IMG/VR virus record: IMGVR_UViG_3300028833_000121
Span: 19,933-83,932 of that record
Length of the DNA: 64,000 bases
Origin: a virus
Lineage: Duplodnaviria > Caudoviricetes
Reading direction: 5' to 3' (one strand)
The first letter of the stretch is position 1. Each line of letters begins with the position of its first letter. This document shows, piece after piece, positions 1 to 9,485 of this stretch. Under the pieces are notes generated by a model, which saw nothing but the letters and a program-made list of their open reading frames with translations, ran no database searches and had not been told where the DNA came from. The position numbers and the translations under genes were made by a program.

Positions 1-444
1 ATCACTACCAATTACTGTATCAGTCTACTTAGTAAGACTTACTCCAGTTACTACATTACTTAAATCTATCTAAGTATCACCAATTTTCTCCCAAGTTTTA
101 CTACCAGCTTCACCAACAGGTGCATATTCATCATATTTATCCAGCGCGCCACCTGCTTGTGTCGCAGACTTTACTAAATAAAATGCGCCAGCCTGCGCGC
201 TATCTGCTGTTAAAGTACCAGTATAATTTGTGCCATTGTAAGTAACTACAACTCCTGCGGGAATATTGGCTACAACTGGTGCTGCAGAACCATCCCAGGC
301 GATAATATATGCAACACCACCAGCAATAGCCTGACTTAAAGTATCAACAACGTCTCTAATTTCCCTATCAGCAATATAATAAGTATTACCAGAAGGTAAA
401 GTTATTCTATCAATAATAGGTGTATTTACATCGACATATGCCAT
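1..444 (-). CDS. Virion-associated protein, 3' end runs off the window (code 15)
   Basis: The track ORF stops at TAG 70-72. Read as Gln, the frame stays open to base 1 (KIGDT-Q-IDLSNVVTGVSLTK-Q-TDTVIGSD). RBS AAGGAGA upstream. Confidence 0.6.
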
Positions 445-457
445 ATCTTTATCTCCT

Positions 458-817
458 TTAGTTTCTATTAAAAATTAATTCGCCTTCAATAACTTCAGAA
501 TAATCATTTACATTTAATTTATTATTCCAAAAAGTTTTTTCGACAGCAGTAACGTGAGCATTAGCATCATTTATATGTGCTAATAACTCCTATCTTAATT
601 CTTTGTCAACAAATGGAAGATCTTGTACATAAGTTTGCCCGTCTCCAACTTTGATTCCAGGCACCCAAGTAATAACATTATCCCCATTTATTTCTTCTGT
701 TATACTTTTATAATCGGTATAAATTATAATTTCTCCATCTAAAGGAACAAAACCTCTAGCATGGTTCCAATTATCTGTAGTATCTCGTTTTAATTTTATT
801 CTCGCGCTAGTACTCAT
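458..817 (-). CDS. Small protein with an Mtd_N / hyaluronidase-N-like tail adaptor domain
   Basis: IKLKRDTTDNW...VPLDGEIIIYTD...IKVGDG...DLPF motif. Reads through TAG 590-592 to TAA 458-460. Confidence 0.65.
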
Positions 818-819
818 AT

Positions 820-1149
820 TTATTCTCTCCATAGAACTGTAGTACTAGTACCACAATCAACTATTAAATTTTCAAATTTCTAATCTACGTATTCTTTTTT
901 CGCATAATCCGCGCCATCAGCTAAATCTTCTACTTCTACTGTAGATAAAAGTTCCATTAACTAATCTACTGTAATTCCAATATATTCTAATTCTAACCAA
1001 GGCGTTTCTCCATTACCTATCTTTAACCCATAAACATCATAGGCAAATCCTGGTTCTCCTAAAGCTAAAACTGGGTTTTTTGTATTCCATTCAGCTTCAG
1101 TTGCGCGGCGCAGTTTGAATATAGTCTTCAAGATCTTTTTCGTAACCAT
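820..1149 (-). CDS. Small protein with an Mtd_N domain
   Basis: FKLRRATEAEWNTKNPVLALGEPGFAYDVYGLKIGNGETPWLEL is the typical Mtd_N motif. Two in-frame TAGs; ends LIVDCGTSTTVLWRE-TAA. Confidence 0.7.
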
Positions 1150-1303
1150 CGACATCACCGCCATCAAAAATAATTATTAAATCTAGATCTAAGTTGATAC
1201 TACTATCAACTTTATTAAACTATCCTCTAAAATTTACCTAAGAATTACCAGAATTAAAACTAGACTTAAAGTAACTTTCATTATTTTTCATTCTGCCAAT
1301 CAT
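1097..1303 (-). CDS. Hypothetical 68-aa protein with IIFDGGDVDG motif
   Basis: ATG overlaps the upstream TAA; two in-frame TAGs; ends in TGA. Confidence 0.5.
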
Positions 1304-1635
1304 TAGATTTCACCATCCAATAATACATCACCAAGTCTATCTTTCATTACATCGCTTACTAAACATTCACCATTAGTTAATCTAACTCTTATCTATATCA
1401 AGATAAGTGAATCACGCTGTCTATCTAACCAGCTATATTTATCAAAAGATAAAGTATCCGCCTGCGTAAGCTATAATGAAATAGTTTCTTCATCTGGCTA
1501 AAAAGTTATATCTGTTAATTCTTTTGTAAATTTAACCTTTCCTTTCTAAAAATAAGTAATCTTTAAGACGCTTACTTCATTTTGTTTAAAAGGAAAATAA
1601 AATATATGTTTTGGGGTAGTGCCTCTATAAGTCAT
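1303..1635 (-). CDS. Phage structural protein of the 'MxRGTTPTHxF' type (baseplate/BppU-N-like)
   Basis: MTYRGTTPKHIFYFPF...ITYF(TAG)KGK...I(TAG)IRVRLTNGECLVSDVM. Four TAGs fall where Gln fits; RBS GGAGG. Confidence 0.6.
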
Positions 1636-1663
1636 ACCTATACTAACCCTCCATATCTATAAT

Positions 1664-1680
1664 ACTCTATAAATTAAGTA
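1664..1680 (-). promoter_or_regulatory. Candidate late-promoter motif TACTTAATTTATAGAGT
   Basis: Non-coding, 29 nt upstream of ATG 1635. 16/17 identical to 50851-50867, upstream of the Dit gene. Confidence 0.35.
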
Positions 1681-1725
1681 AAATAAAATTAGGTAAGCTC
1701 TACTTTTCTCAGACCGTTTTAAAAT

Positions 1726-1754
1726 TTGAAAAGTAATGAAAATTATGGTATAAT
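1726..1754 (+). promoter_or_regulatory. SigmaA/sigma70-type promoter
   Basis: TTGAAA-17 nt-TATAAT with an extended -10 TG, upstream of the ligase gene. Confidence 0.8.
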
Positions 1755-1833
1755 AAAAGAGTAGTAAGCAAAAGAAATAAATAATATAATAGGAATAATA
1801 TATAAATTAAATATATATTTAAGGAGATATATA

Positions 1834-2925
1834 ATGTATAACTTCCATAATCTAGAACCACAGAAATATTGGACTTTTGGAGCAAGCGCAAAAGTAGACC
1901 CAAGAGTTGAAGCAAAAAATATGATTTTTAGCGGAAATTATATAGGTTCACGAAAAATAGACGGCGCATTTTATAAGTTTTGGAAAGATGAAAATGGTAA
2001 CATGGAACTTTTAGGACGTTCCAAAGGAGTAAATGGAGATTATCTTAATAAAATAGATTGGGTTCCACAATTAAATTCTTTCTTTGAAGTACTTCCTAAT
2101 GGAACCTGTTTAATTGGAGAAATTTACTTTCCTAATAATGAGGGCTCTAATCATGTGACTTCAATCATGGGGTGTTTAAAAGATAAGGCTATCGCGCGTC
2201 AAATGTCTGGAGATAAACTTCATTATTATATTTTTGATGTACTTGCATACGACGGTGAATCTCTTTTAGATAAAGTTATTGAAACTCGTATTCAATTTCT
2301 TCAAATGATTATGCAAACTACTTATAAAACTCATAATACCTATATTGATTTCGCTCACTATTATGAAGGAGAAGAATTATGGAATATGCTCCAAACTATT
2401 CTCGCAGATAATGGTGAAGGTATTGTAATTACAAAAAAAGGAACTTGCTACCAACCAGGTAAACGTCCAGCTCGTCAGACTCTTAAAGTTAAAAGAGAAC
2501 TCCAAGAAAGCTTAGATTGTTTCTTTACAGGGCGCGCGACTCCTCCAACTAGAATATATAGTGGTATTAGCTTGCCTAGCTGGGAGTACTGGGAAGACCC
2601 AGTAACTAAAGAGAAGCTTAAAGGTAATCATTATAGAGAATATATGAATGGCGCGCCTATTGAACCAGTTACTAAATCTTATTTTAATGGAATGGCCGGA
2701 AGTCTAGAGATAGGAGTTCTTCGAGATGGAAAAGTTTATCCGATTGGGTATCTTAGTGGACTTAGTGATGAAATTAAGAGTAACTATAAGGATTATACTG
2801 GTAAATGTTTGGAAGTAGGAGCTATGCAGTTTACAGAAGATAACGCGCTGCGCCATGCAAAAATGATTAGGCTTCGTCCTGATTTGAATATTGAGGATTG
2901 TACTTGGGAGAAATTAGGTCTGTGA
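1834..2925 (+). CDS. lig: ATP-dependent DNA ligase
   Basis: KxDG motif (RKIDGAF), GEIY, IFDVL, EGIV, LKVKR and a C-terminal OB domain. No in-frame TAG. Confidence 0.9.
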   Translation: MYNFHNLEPQKYWTFGASAKVDPRVEAKNMIFSGNYIGSRKIDGAFYKFWKDENGNMELLGRSKGVNGDYLNKIDWVPQLNSFFEVLPNGTCLIGEIYFPNNEGSNHVTSIMGCLKDKAIARQMSGDKLHYYIFDVLAYDGESLLDKVIETRIQFLQMIMQTTYKTHNTYIDFAHYYEGEELWNMLQTILADNGEGIVITKKGTCYQPGKRPARQTLKVKRELQESLDCFFTGRATPPTRIYSGISLPSWEYWEDPVTKEKLKGNHYREYMNGAPIEPVTKSYFNGMAGSLEIGVLRDGKVYPIGYLSGLSDEIKSNYKDYTGKCLEVGAMQFTEDNALRHAKMIRLRPDLNIEDCTWEKLGL

Positions 2926-3296
2926 GTAGTTATGAAGAATAGGTGGCACTTATATTAAAAAAAGAACGTATTAAATTTTAGCGTGAAAAGACATACTCTG
3001 ATTTAAAACGCGGTAAATATAGATATGATTTTTATTTGCCTACTTTAAATTTTCTTATTGAACTTGATGGATAGTTTCACTGGTATCCAATACGTGGTGA
3101 GTAGGAATTAAAAAATTAGAAAGAACATGATAGACAAAAAAATTCTTACGCACTCGCGCATAATATACCATTATTTAGAATCCCATATTGGGATTTAGAT
3201 GGCGGCGCCATCAAAACTTTTAATGACCTTATTCAAAAGAAATATCATGTAACTAGTAAATGGCATAACGATAGATTAAAAGTCCCAAAAAAATAA
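2922..3296 (+). CDS. Stand-alone DUF559/Vsr-like PD-(D/E)xK endonuclease domain (code 15)
   Basis: GTG start overlaps the lig TGA. YRYDFYLP...LIELDG(TAG)FH...HDRQKNSYALAHNIPLFRIPYW; five TAGs; TAA stop. Confidence 0.75.
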
Positions 3297-3338
3297 AGTT
3301 CTAATATACTACTTCTACTTAGTTATGAGGTGATGGTA

Positions 3339-3833
3339 ATGGGACTTTTTAAAGCTTTTGAGAGCTGGACTTTTTCTGACTTTGCTAGCTTTATTGGCGG
3401 TTTATTTATAATAGGTTCTATCATCTTTGAGGCTTTTAAAAAGGCAACTGAACGAACCGAATGGGCCAAAAAGAGAAAAGAAAAAAGAAACGCTGAAAAA
3501 AGAGAAGCTGCGAAGAAATAGTATAGAGAATTTACAGATGAATTTGTTAAAGAATTTGTTCCTCCGTTGGTAAAACCATTTGCAGAAGCAGATGAGCAAA
3601 TTATGAAATCTTTAAGTAATCTTACTAATTCTTCTAATGATATGTTGCGAAAAGAAATGACTGACATTTATTATAGATACTTACCTTATAAGAAAATTTT
3701 ATAGTATGATAAAAAATGTTTCGTTAAATTATATCATGACTACGGCGCGCAAGGCGGAAATACTTACATTGATACTCTTTGGGAAGAAATCCAAACATGG
3801 GATACAGTATTAACTGAAGATGAATTATATTAA
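3339..3833 (+). CDS. Membrane-anchored phage protein, possibly holin or lysis accessory (164 aa)
   Basis: N-terminal TM helix and basic stretch, then after TAG 3519-3521 the C-terminal domain LRKEMTDIYYRY...KLYHDYGAQGGNTYIDTLWEEI; TAA 3831-3833. Confidence 0.55.
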
Positions 3834-3840
3834 ATTATGG

Positions 3841-3860
3841 AGAAGCTAAATTTAGCTTCT
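3841..3860 (+). terminator. Perfect 20-bp palindrome, likely an intrinsic terminator
   Basis: AGAAGCTAAA|TTTAGCTTCT followed by a T-rich tract, directly after a stop codon. Confidence 0.6.
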
Positions 3861-3878
3861 CTATTTTATTATAAAAAT

Positions 3879-3907
3879 TTGAAGTTTAAACAGATTTGTG
3901 ATATAAT
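3879..3907 (+). promoter_or_regulatory. SigmaA-type promoter
   Basis: TTGAAG-17-TATAAT with TG extension and a downstream ATATATAGAAA. Confidence 0.75.
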
Positions 3908-3940
3908 ATATATAGAAAGAAAATAGGAGTGGTAGAATTT

Positions 3941-5014
3941 ATGGAATACATTATTTACTGTATTCTTGGAGTTTTACTATTATTTTTTATTATTCTCTTT
4001 TTTAAATAGCAAAAATAGAATAAATATTTATTAGAAGAAAATAAAAAAATAGAAGAAAATAAATTAGAAGAATTAAATTAGAAATATAATAAAAGAAAGG
4101 AGTCTCTCGAAGAAGATTATAATAAAAAATAGGAGTATCTTCAAGATTAGTACAAAAAAAGAGAAAATCAATTATATCAAGATTTCTATCAAGCGCAATA
4201 GAATTATAATAAAATAACTGAAAATTTAAATTAGAATTTTAAAAGATATAAAGAATCTTAGTATAAATTAATACAAGAAGATTTAGAAGAATACAGTAAA
4301 AATGAAAAATTTAAAAAATAGATTGAAATAGAAAAAAATACTTAGGAACTTTACGAACAGTATATAAAAAAACAAAAATTACTTGAAGAAGAATTTCAAT
4401 CTAAAAAAGCAGAAATAGAATCTGAAATAGAAGAAACTTATGATGACGCCGCGGAAGCCGCCTTAGAATATTGCGATATACTTGAGACTTTAGATGATTT
4501 TCGCAGACGGCGCGAGGTCGTAAATTCATAGATATTGCGCGAAAAACAAATACAAGAAGAAAAAGATTACTACCGTATTTGTTTAAGTTAGAATGATATA
4601 GAAGATTTGTAGATTATTAAAGATATAGAACATAAATTTAATAACAAAGAAGTTTTACATAGAGCCGCTTTCGATTGTTATGTGCGCCGGCCGCTATCTG
4701 AGATGGAAAAGCGGGTCTTAGGTAATAAGAAACCGAGCGGAATTTATATCATAACCTATATTCCTACTGGAGAAATATATATAGGGCGCTCTACTGATAT
4801 AGCTAACCGCTGGGTAGAGCACGTAAAGAGCGCATTTAATTTAGGTACTATCGCGCACAGCTCTCTTCATACTAAAATGGAAGAGAAAGGAATTTGGAAT
4901 TTTAGTTTTTAGATTTTAGAAGAAGTGCCAAAAGAAAAATTAAACGAAAGAGAAAAATATTGGATTAATTTATATGGCGCGACCGCGCTATTAAATTAGA
5001 AACAGGGTGGATAA
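3941..5014 (+). CDS. Membrane-anchored coiled-coil GIY-YIG nuclease (357 aa, code 15)
   Basis: N-terminal hydrophobic helix, long E/K/Q coiled coil, C-terminal GIYIITY...IYIGRSTDIANRWVEH...F(TAG)ILEE...LNEREKYWI. Fifteen in-frame TAGs. Confidence 0.8.
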
Positions 5015-6067
5015 ATGAATTTAAGTAAAAAATAGAAAGAAATAGTTGAATCACCATATTCTAAAATAGTTGTCCATGCGGCTGCCGCTAGTGGAAAAAC
5101 TACTCTTATAACTGAAAGAGTAAAATTTATGCTTTCACACGGTTGTAAACCAGAACGAATGGTTGTTATTACTTTTACTACTGCCGCGGCAGATGAAATG
5201 AAAAAAAGAATTGGCTATGTTGAAGGGTTATTTATTGGAACTATTCATGCATATGCGCTCTATCTTTTAAGTGTATATGGTTTAAATGAAAAAGCTTTAT
5301 AGTATATAAATGAAGATAAATTTGATAATCTTTTTACTATGGTAAAACGACATAAAAAATGTATTAAACCAGTAGATTATCTTATAGTAGATGAAGCTCA
5401 AGATTGCTCTGAAAGTGAATGGGAGTTTTTTGCATTAATAGATCCTGCTGGATTCTTCTATTGTGGTGACACAAGACAATGTATTTATGAATGGCGAGAT
5501 GCTAAACCAGCTGATTTTTTAGAAGTAGCTTCTTATGAAGATGTATACACTTATTCTCTTGATGAAAATTATAGAAATGGATACCGTATTCTTAATTTTG
5601 CCAAAGATATTATAACTCGTACTAAATCTCATATGTATGATGATTCAATACCAATGCGTCATACTTCAGGGAAAGTTGAATGGGTCGAATTTAACTTAGG
5701 TAATATAGCTAAATTAATTAAAAATAGTCAAGAGCCATACGGAAGCTGGTTTATACTCGCGCGCACTAATGATTAGATAGAAAGTATATAGTATATTTTA
5801 GATTCTTATCGTATACCAAATATTACTTTTAAGCGTGGTGGAAAAAGCTTTGATGAATTAAATGCTCTTACTAAAGAAGATAAAGTAAAAGTCCTCACAA
5901 TCCATACTGCAAAAGGACTTGAGGCGGATAATGTAGTAGTTATTGGAACTAGGTTATGGGGCGATGAAGAAATAAGATTAGCTTACGTAGCGGCGACTCG
6001 TGCAAGAGAAAATTTATATTGGGTATATAATAAAAAGAAAAAAGCTAATATAGAAAGTTGGGAATAA
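5015..6067 (+). CDS. Compact UvrD/Rep-like SF1 helicase (350 aa)
   Basis: Q-motif LSKK(TAG)KEIV, Walker A AAAASGKT, DEAQD, GDTRQCIY, ENYR, ARTND(TAG), TIHTAKGLE and YVAATRA. Confidence 0.9.
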
Positions 6068-6069
6068 AT

Positions 6070-6264
6070 ATGGAAAATAAAATTATTTGGTTTAAAGAAC
6101 CACTAATTAAAACGCAAGAAAATGGAATAACTATTAGCCTGATTGGGTGGTATGATAGAGGAACGCGTGCGGTATGTCGTGGTTTTATAATTTATAATGA
6201 AGATAGTTTAGATTATATTTGTGGAGTTGATAAAAATCAAATAATAGGAGATTCTAATGTTTAA
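6070..6264 (+). CDS. Hypothetical protein (64 aa)
   Basis: Open frame, tightly packed between neighbouring genes. Confidence 0.55.
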   Translation: MENKIIWFKEPLIKTQENGITISLIGWYDRGTRAVCRGFIIYNEDSLDYICGVDKNQIIGDSNV

Positions 6265-6418
6265 GGTTAAATATAAATATAATAATGAGATTTATACTGT
6301 TCTTAGCGTAAGATATGATGAATACTATCAAACTACTCGTTTTCTTGTATGGGTAGAAGATAATTGGAAATGGGTAAGAGCTGATAATTTTGTTCCACCT
6401 AATGTAAATATAGATTAA
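6257..6418 (+). CDS. Hypothetical protein (53 aa)
   Basis: AGGAG RBS; MFKVKYKYNNEIYTVLSVRYDEYYQTTRFLVWVEDNWKWVRADNFVPPNVNID. Confidence 0.55.
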   Translation: MFKVKYKYNNEIYTVLSVRYDEYYQTTRFLVWVEDNWKWVRADNFVPPNVNID

Positions 6419-6419
6419 G

Positions 6420-6443
6420 AGAAGTCAATTAAATTTGACTTCT
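6420..6443 (+). terminator. Intrinsic terminator overlapping the -35 of the gyrB promoter
   Basis: AGAAGTCAA-ttaaat-TTGACTTCT followed by a T run. Confidence 0.65.
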
Positions 6444-6463
6444 TTTTTAATTTATGATATAAT
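6435..6463 (+). promoter_or_regulatory. SigmaA-type promoter of the gyrase operon
   Basis: TTGACT-17-TATAAT with TG extension. Confidence 0.8.
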
Positions 6464-6497
6464 ATTTATAGAAAAAGAAAATAGGAGAGTATACGAT

Positions 6498-8348
6498 TTG
6501 AGTTATACAGTTGATGATATTAAATCTCTTTCTTTTAAAGAAGGAGTGCGCCAACGAATTCAAATGTATTTGGGTTCTAATGATTTAGATGGAACTTATC
6601 AAGCGCTGAAAGAAATAATAAATAATTCTACTGATGAAGCTATTGCTGGGTATGGTAAAAGAATAGAAGTATATGTATCTGAAAAAAATAATAGAGTTGG
6701 AGTAAGAGATTACGGGCGCGGAGTACCATTCGGAATTAGAGAAGATGGAGAAAATGTACTAGTATCCATCTATTCTAAATCACATACTGGTGGTAAATTT
6801 GAAGAGGGCGCATATAAAAATGCCAGTGGTCTGAATGGCATTGGTGCTAAATGCGCGTGTCTTAGTGCGGAATATTTTGAAGTTACTTCATTTAGAAATG
6901 GAAAATTTGCAAAAGCTTTTTTTTCTAAAGGAAATTTAGTTGAGTACGTAGAAGGAATCACTGATGCGGCGGATGGTACATATGTAGTCTTTGTACCCGA
7001 TAAAGAAGTATTTAGTAATGGAGAAATAGGATATAAATACTCTAAAATTTGCGAAGATTTAAAGAATATTTCATATTTATATAATGGAATTACTTTTTAT
7101 ATTAAAAATGATGATACAAACGAAGATAAAGAGTATTGCGCGAAGAACGGAATTAAAGATTTTATAAAAGATAATTTATCTACTCCTTTACATCGTACAA
7201 TTCAATATAATAAAGTTAGCGATGGCGTAGATGAATTAGAGATTGCTTTCCAATGGGGTGCAAAGAAAGAAACCTCTTACGTATTTGTTAACGGCTTGCT
7301 TTGTCCAGAAGGCGGCAGTCCAATAACTGGCGCGAAAACAGCTATCACACGTACATTTAATTCTCTTTCAAAACAAGATTTTGATGGAGATGCGATTAGA
7401 AATAATTTATTCTATGTAATTAATTGCTCTGTCGCGCAACCTTCATTCGCAAATCAAACTAAGTCTAAAATTAATAATACAAATCTTCGTACTCTTGCGT
7501 CAAATGCTTTTAGTGAAGCACTTAAGCAAATGAAAATTAAAGTTCCGCAAGAATTTGATGTAATTGTAGAGTTGCTTAAAAAGGTAGCTCGCGCGGAAGC
7601 CGCGGCGGAGAAGGCGCGTCAGCAAGTTCTTAACGCTTCAAAAGAAATTGAAAAGAATCAAAAGAAAAAGGTTTTTGCATCTGATAAGTTGAAAGATGCG
7701 GAGTTTCTTGGGCAGGACTCAACTCTTCTTATTGTTGAAGGTAACAGTGCTATGGGTGGTATGGCTCAGGCGCGCGATTATAAGAAGTATGGTATCTTAG
7801 CAATTAGAGGTAAAATTATTAATTGCTTATCAAATCCCGAAGAGAAGATTTTTGAGAACGAAGAAATTAAACTTCTTTTGAGCGCGATGAATATCGTACC
7901 AGGAAAATATAATAGTTCAAAACTTCGTTATGGCCGTCTTGCAATTTGTACTGATGCAGATAGCGATGGATACCATATTGGACTTCTAATTATGGCTGCG
8001 CTTACCTATCTTGCGCCGCAGTTTATTAAAGAAGGTCGTTTGTGCTGGTTGCGCTCACCGCTTTATATCGTCAATAACGGTAAGCAAGAAAGTTATTATT
8101 TTGACGATGCAGAGTTTAACGCTGTGCGCGGTAAGATTAAAGGTGAAGTAACGCGCGCGAAAGGTCTTGGTGAATTACCGCCTGAAACTGCGCGAGCATC
8201 TATGTTTACTGAGCAGTATCAGCGCATGGAAGCTATGGAATATAGCGATGAAGCATTAGGTTTACTATATGATTTAATGGGTGAAGATGTAAAGAGTAAA
8301 AAAGATTTTATATTTAATAATATTGATTTTTCGGAGATAACAGAATGA
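6498..8348 (+). CDS. gyrB: Type IIA topoisomerase (gyrase) subunit B
   Basis: GHKL motifs EIINNSTDE, DYGRGVP, GGKF...SGLNGIG; TOPRIM motifs EGNSA, RGKIIN and DADSDG. TTG start after an AGGAG RBS. Confidence 0.93.
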   Translation: MSYTVDDIKSLSFKEGVRQRIQMYLGSNDLDGTYQALKEIINNSTDEAIAGYGKRIEVYVSEKNNRVGVRDYGRGVPFGIREDGENVLVSIYSKSHTGGKFEEGAYKNASGLNGIGAKCACLSAEYFEVTSFRNGKFAKAFFSKGNLVEYVEGITDAADGTYVVFVPDKEVFSNGEIGYKYSKICEDLKNISYLYNGITFYIKNDDTNEDKEYCAKNGIKDFIKDNLSTPLHRTIQYNKVSDGVDELEIAFQWGAKKETSYVFVNGLLCPEGGSPITGAKTAITRTFNSLSKQDFDGDAIRNNLFYVINCSVAQPSFANQTKSKINNTNLRTLASNAFSEALKQMKIKVPQEFDVIVELLKKVARAEAAAEKARQQVLNASKEIEKNQKKKVFASDKLKDAEFLGQDSTLLIVEGNSAMGGMAQARDYKKYGILAIRGKIINCLSNPEEKIFENEEIKLLLSAMNIVPGKYNSSKLRYGRLAICTDADSDGYHIGLLIMAALTYLAPQFIKEGRLCWLRSPLYIVNNGKQESYYFDDAEFNAVRGKIKGEVTRAKGLGELPPETARASMFTEQYQRMEAMEYSDEALGLLYDLMGEDVKSKKDFIFNNIDFSEITE

Positions 8349-8582
8349 ATAATTTTATTTGTCCAATTACTATTGAATAGCAAGAAGATTTAAAGTTTAA
8401 TTTCAATAAAAAGAAAAAAATATATTTAGATACAAATAAGTTTTTTTGGATTTATCATAATAAATTATGTTTGTATTTTTTCTCTATAACCGGCGTAGTT
8501 GAATTTTATGTACCAGAAGAAAATTTATGTAAATTTATTTAGGAGTATCTAAATAGTTCTGATTTTTCGGAGATAACAGAAT
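8324..8582 (+). repeat. 23-bp direct repeat (8324-8346 and 8560-8582) copying the gyrB 3' end
   Basis: TGATTTTTCGGAGATAACAGAAT occurs twice, 236 bp apart. Confidence 0.9.
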
Positions 8583-8584
8583 AA
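8345..8584 (+). CDS. Hypothetical 79-aa protein ending in the same DFSEITE as GyrB
   Basis: ATGA overlap with the gyrB stop; two in-frame TAGs; TAA stop. Confidence 0.55.
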
Positions 8585-8585
8585 T

Positions 8586-8831
8586 ATGGAATGTCCTAAA
8601 TGTTGTTCATATAATGATTATAATGGAATAAGCTGTAAAAGATGTGGGTATGAAAGAGAAAAGATAGTAAAACTTAATAAAGGAGATATTTTTATAATAG
8701 ATGTTCATACTTTTTTAAGAGAAGAAATGTATAAAAATCCTATATTTAAAGTTTTAACAAGAGAAGAAATAATAAAAGAAAATATGTATATTCCTAATGA
8801 ATATGGTTGGTTAGTAATAAAAATGGGGTAA
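8586..8831 (+). CDS. Small protein with an N-terminal zinc ribbon
   Basis: CPKC...CKRC. Confidence 0.55.
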   Translation: MECPKCCSYNDYNGISCKRCGYEREKIVKLNKGDIFIIDVHTFLREEMYKNPIFKVLTREEIIKENMYIPNEYGWLVIKMG

Positions 8832-8835
8832 AATT

Positions 8836-9042
8836 ATGCTTAAAGAAGATTATGAAAATTATAATATCCATGATATTGAAATGGAGATAGCTCGTAAACC
8901 TCTTAAAATAATAGAACCATCATATGAATATTTAATAGGTTTTTATGATGGTATTTTTTGTGAGCAAGGCCAATTTGAATTAAGCTATGATTACTTAAAA
9001 GGATTTTATGAAGGCGTGAAAGTGAGGAAAAGTAATAAATGA
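8836..9042 (+). CDS. Hypothetical protein
   Basis: 68-aa ORF coupled to the next gene by ATGA. Confidence 0.5.
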   Translation: MLKEDYENYNIHDIEMEIARKPLKIIEPSYEYLIGFYDGIFCEQGQFELSYDYLKGFYEGVKVRKSNK

Positions 9043-9485
9043 GTGAAGATATAATTTATTTTTCTTTTAATAATTGGTTTAGCGGTAGAGATTATCCTAT
9101 TGGAAATAAATATGAAGAATTAATAAATTCTCATAAATTTAGTGATAAAAATTGGGTTAAAGAAAATAAACTTGTTGTAGTAGCTGGTAATATTGATATG
9201 TCTGTTAATTGGTGTATCGCTGCGCCGAGAAAATGGGTAGAAGAAAATTTGCCAGAACTTTTAACTGATGAAGAATATAATTATGATATTATTTCTTATT
9301 ATAAAGGTGAGAATACAGTAACTACATATACAAAAAAATATAGTGATTTTGTATACCCTGGGACTCCTTGGGAATGTAAATATGGTATGCCTTTTAAAGA
9401 ATATGATGAAGAAGCAGTAGGTGTATATTACGTAGAAGAGGATGAGTGGGAATGGAATGATGATGAAGAGGATGAAGAAGAATGA
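9039..9485 (+). CDS. Hypothetical protein with an acidic tail
   Basis: 148-aa ORF coupled to gyrA by ATGA. Confidence 0.6.
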   Translation: MSEDIIYFSFNNWFSGRDYPIGNKYEELINSHKFSDKNWVKENKLVVVAGNIDMSVNWCIAAPRKWVEENLPELLTDEEYNYDIISYYKGENTVTTYTKKYSDFVYPGTPWECKYGMPFKEYDEEAVGVYYVEEDEWEWNDDEEDEEE

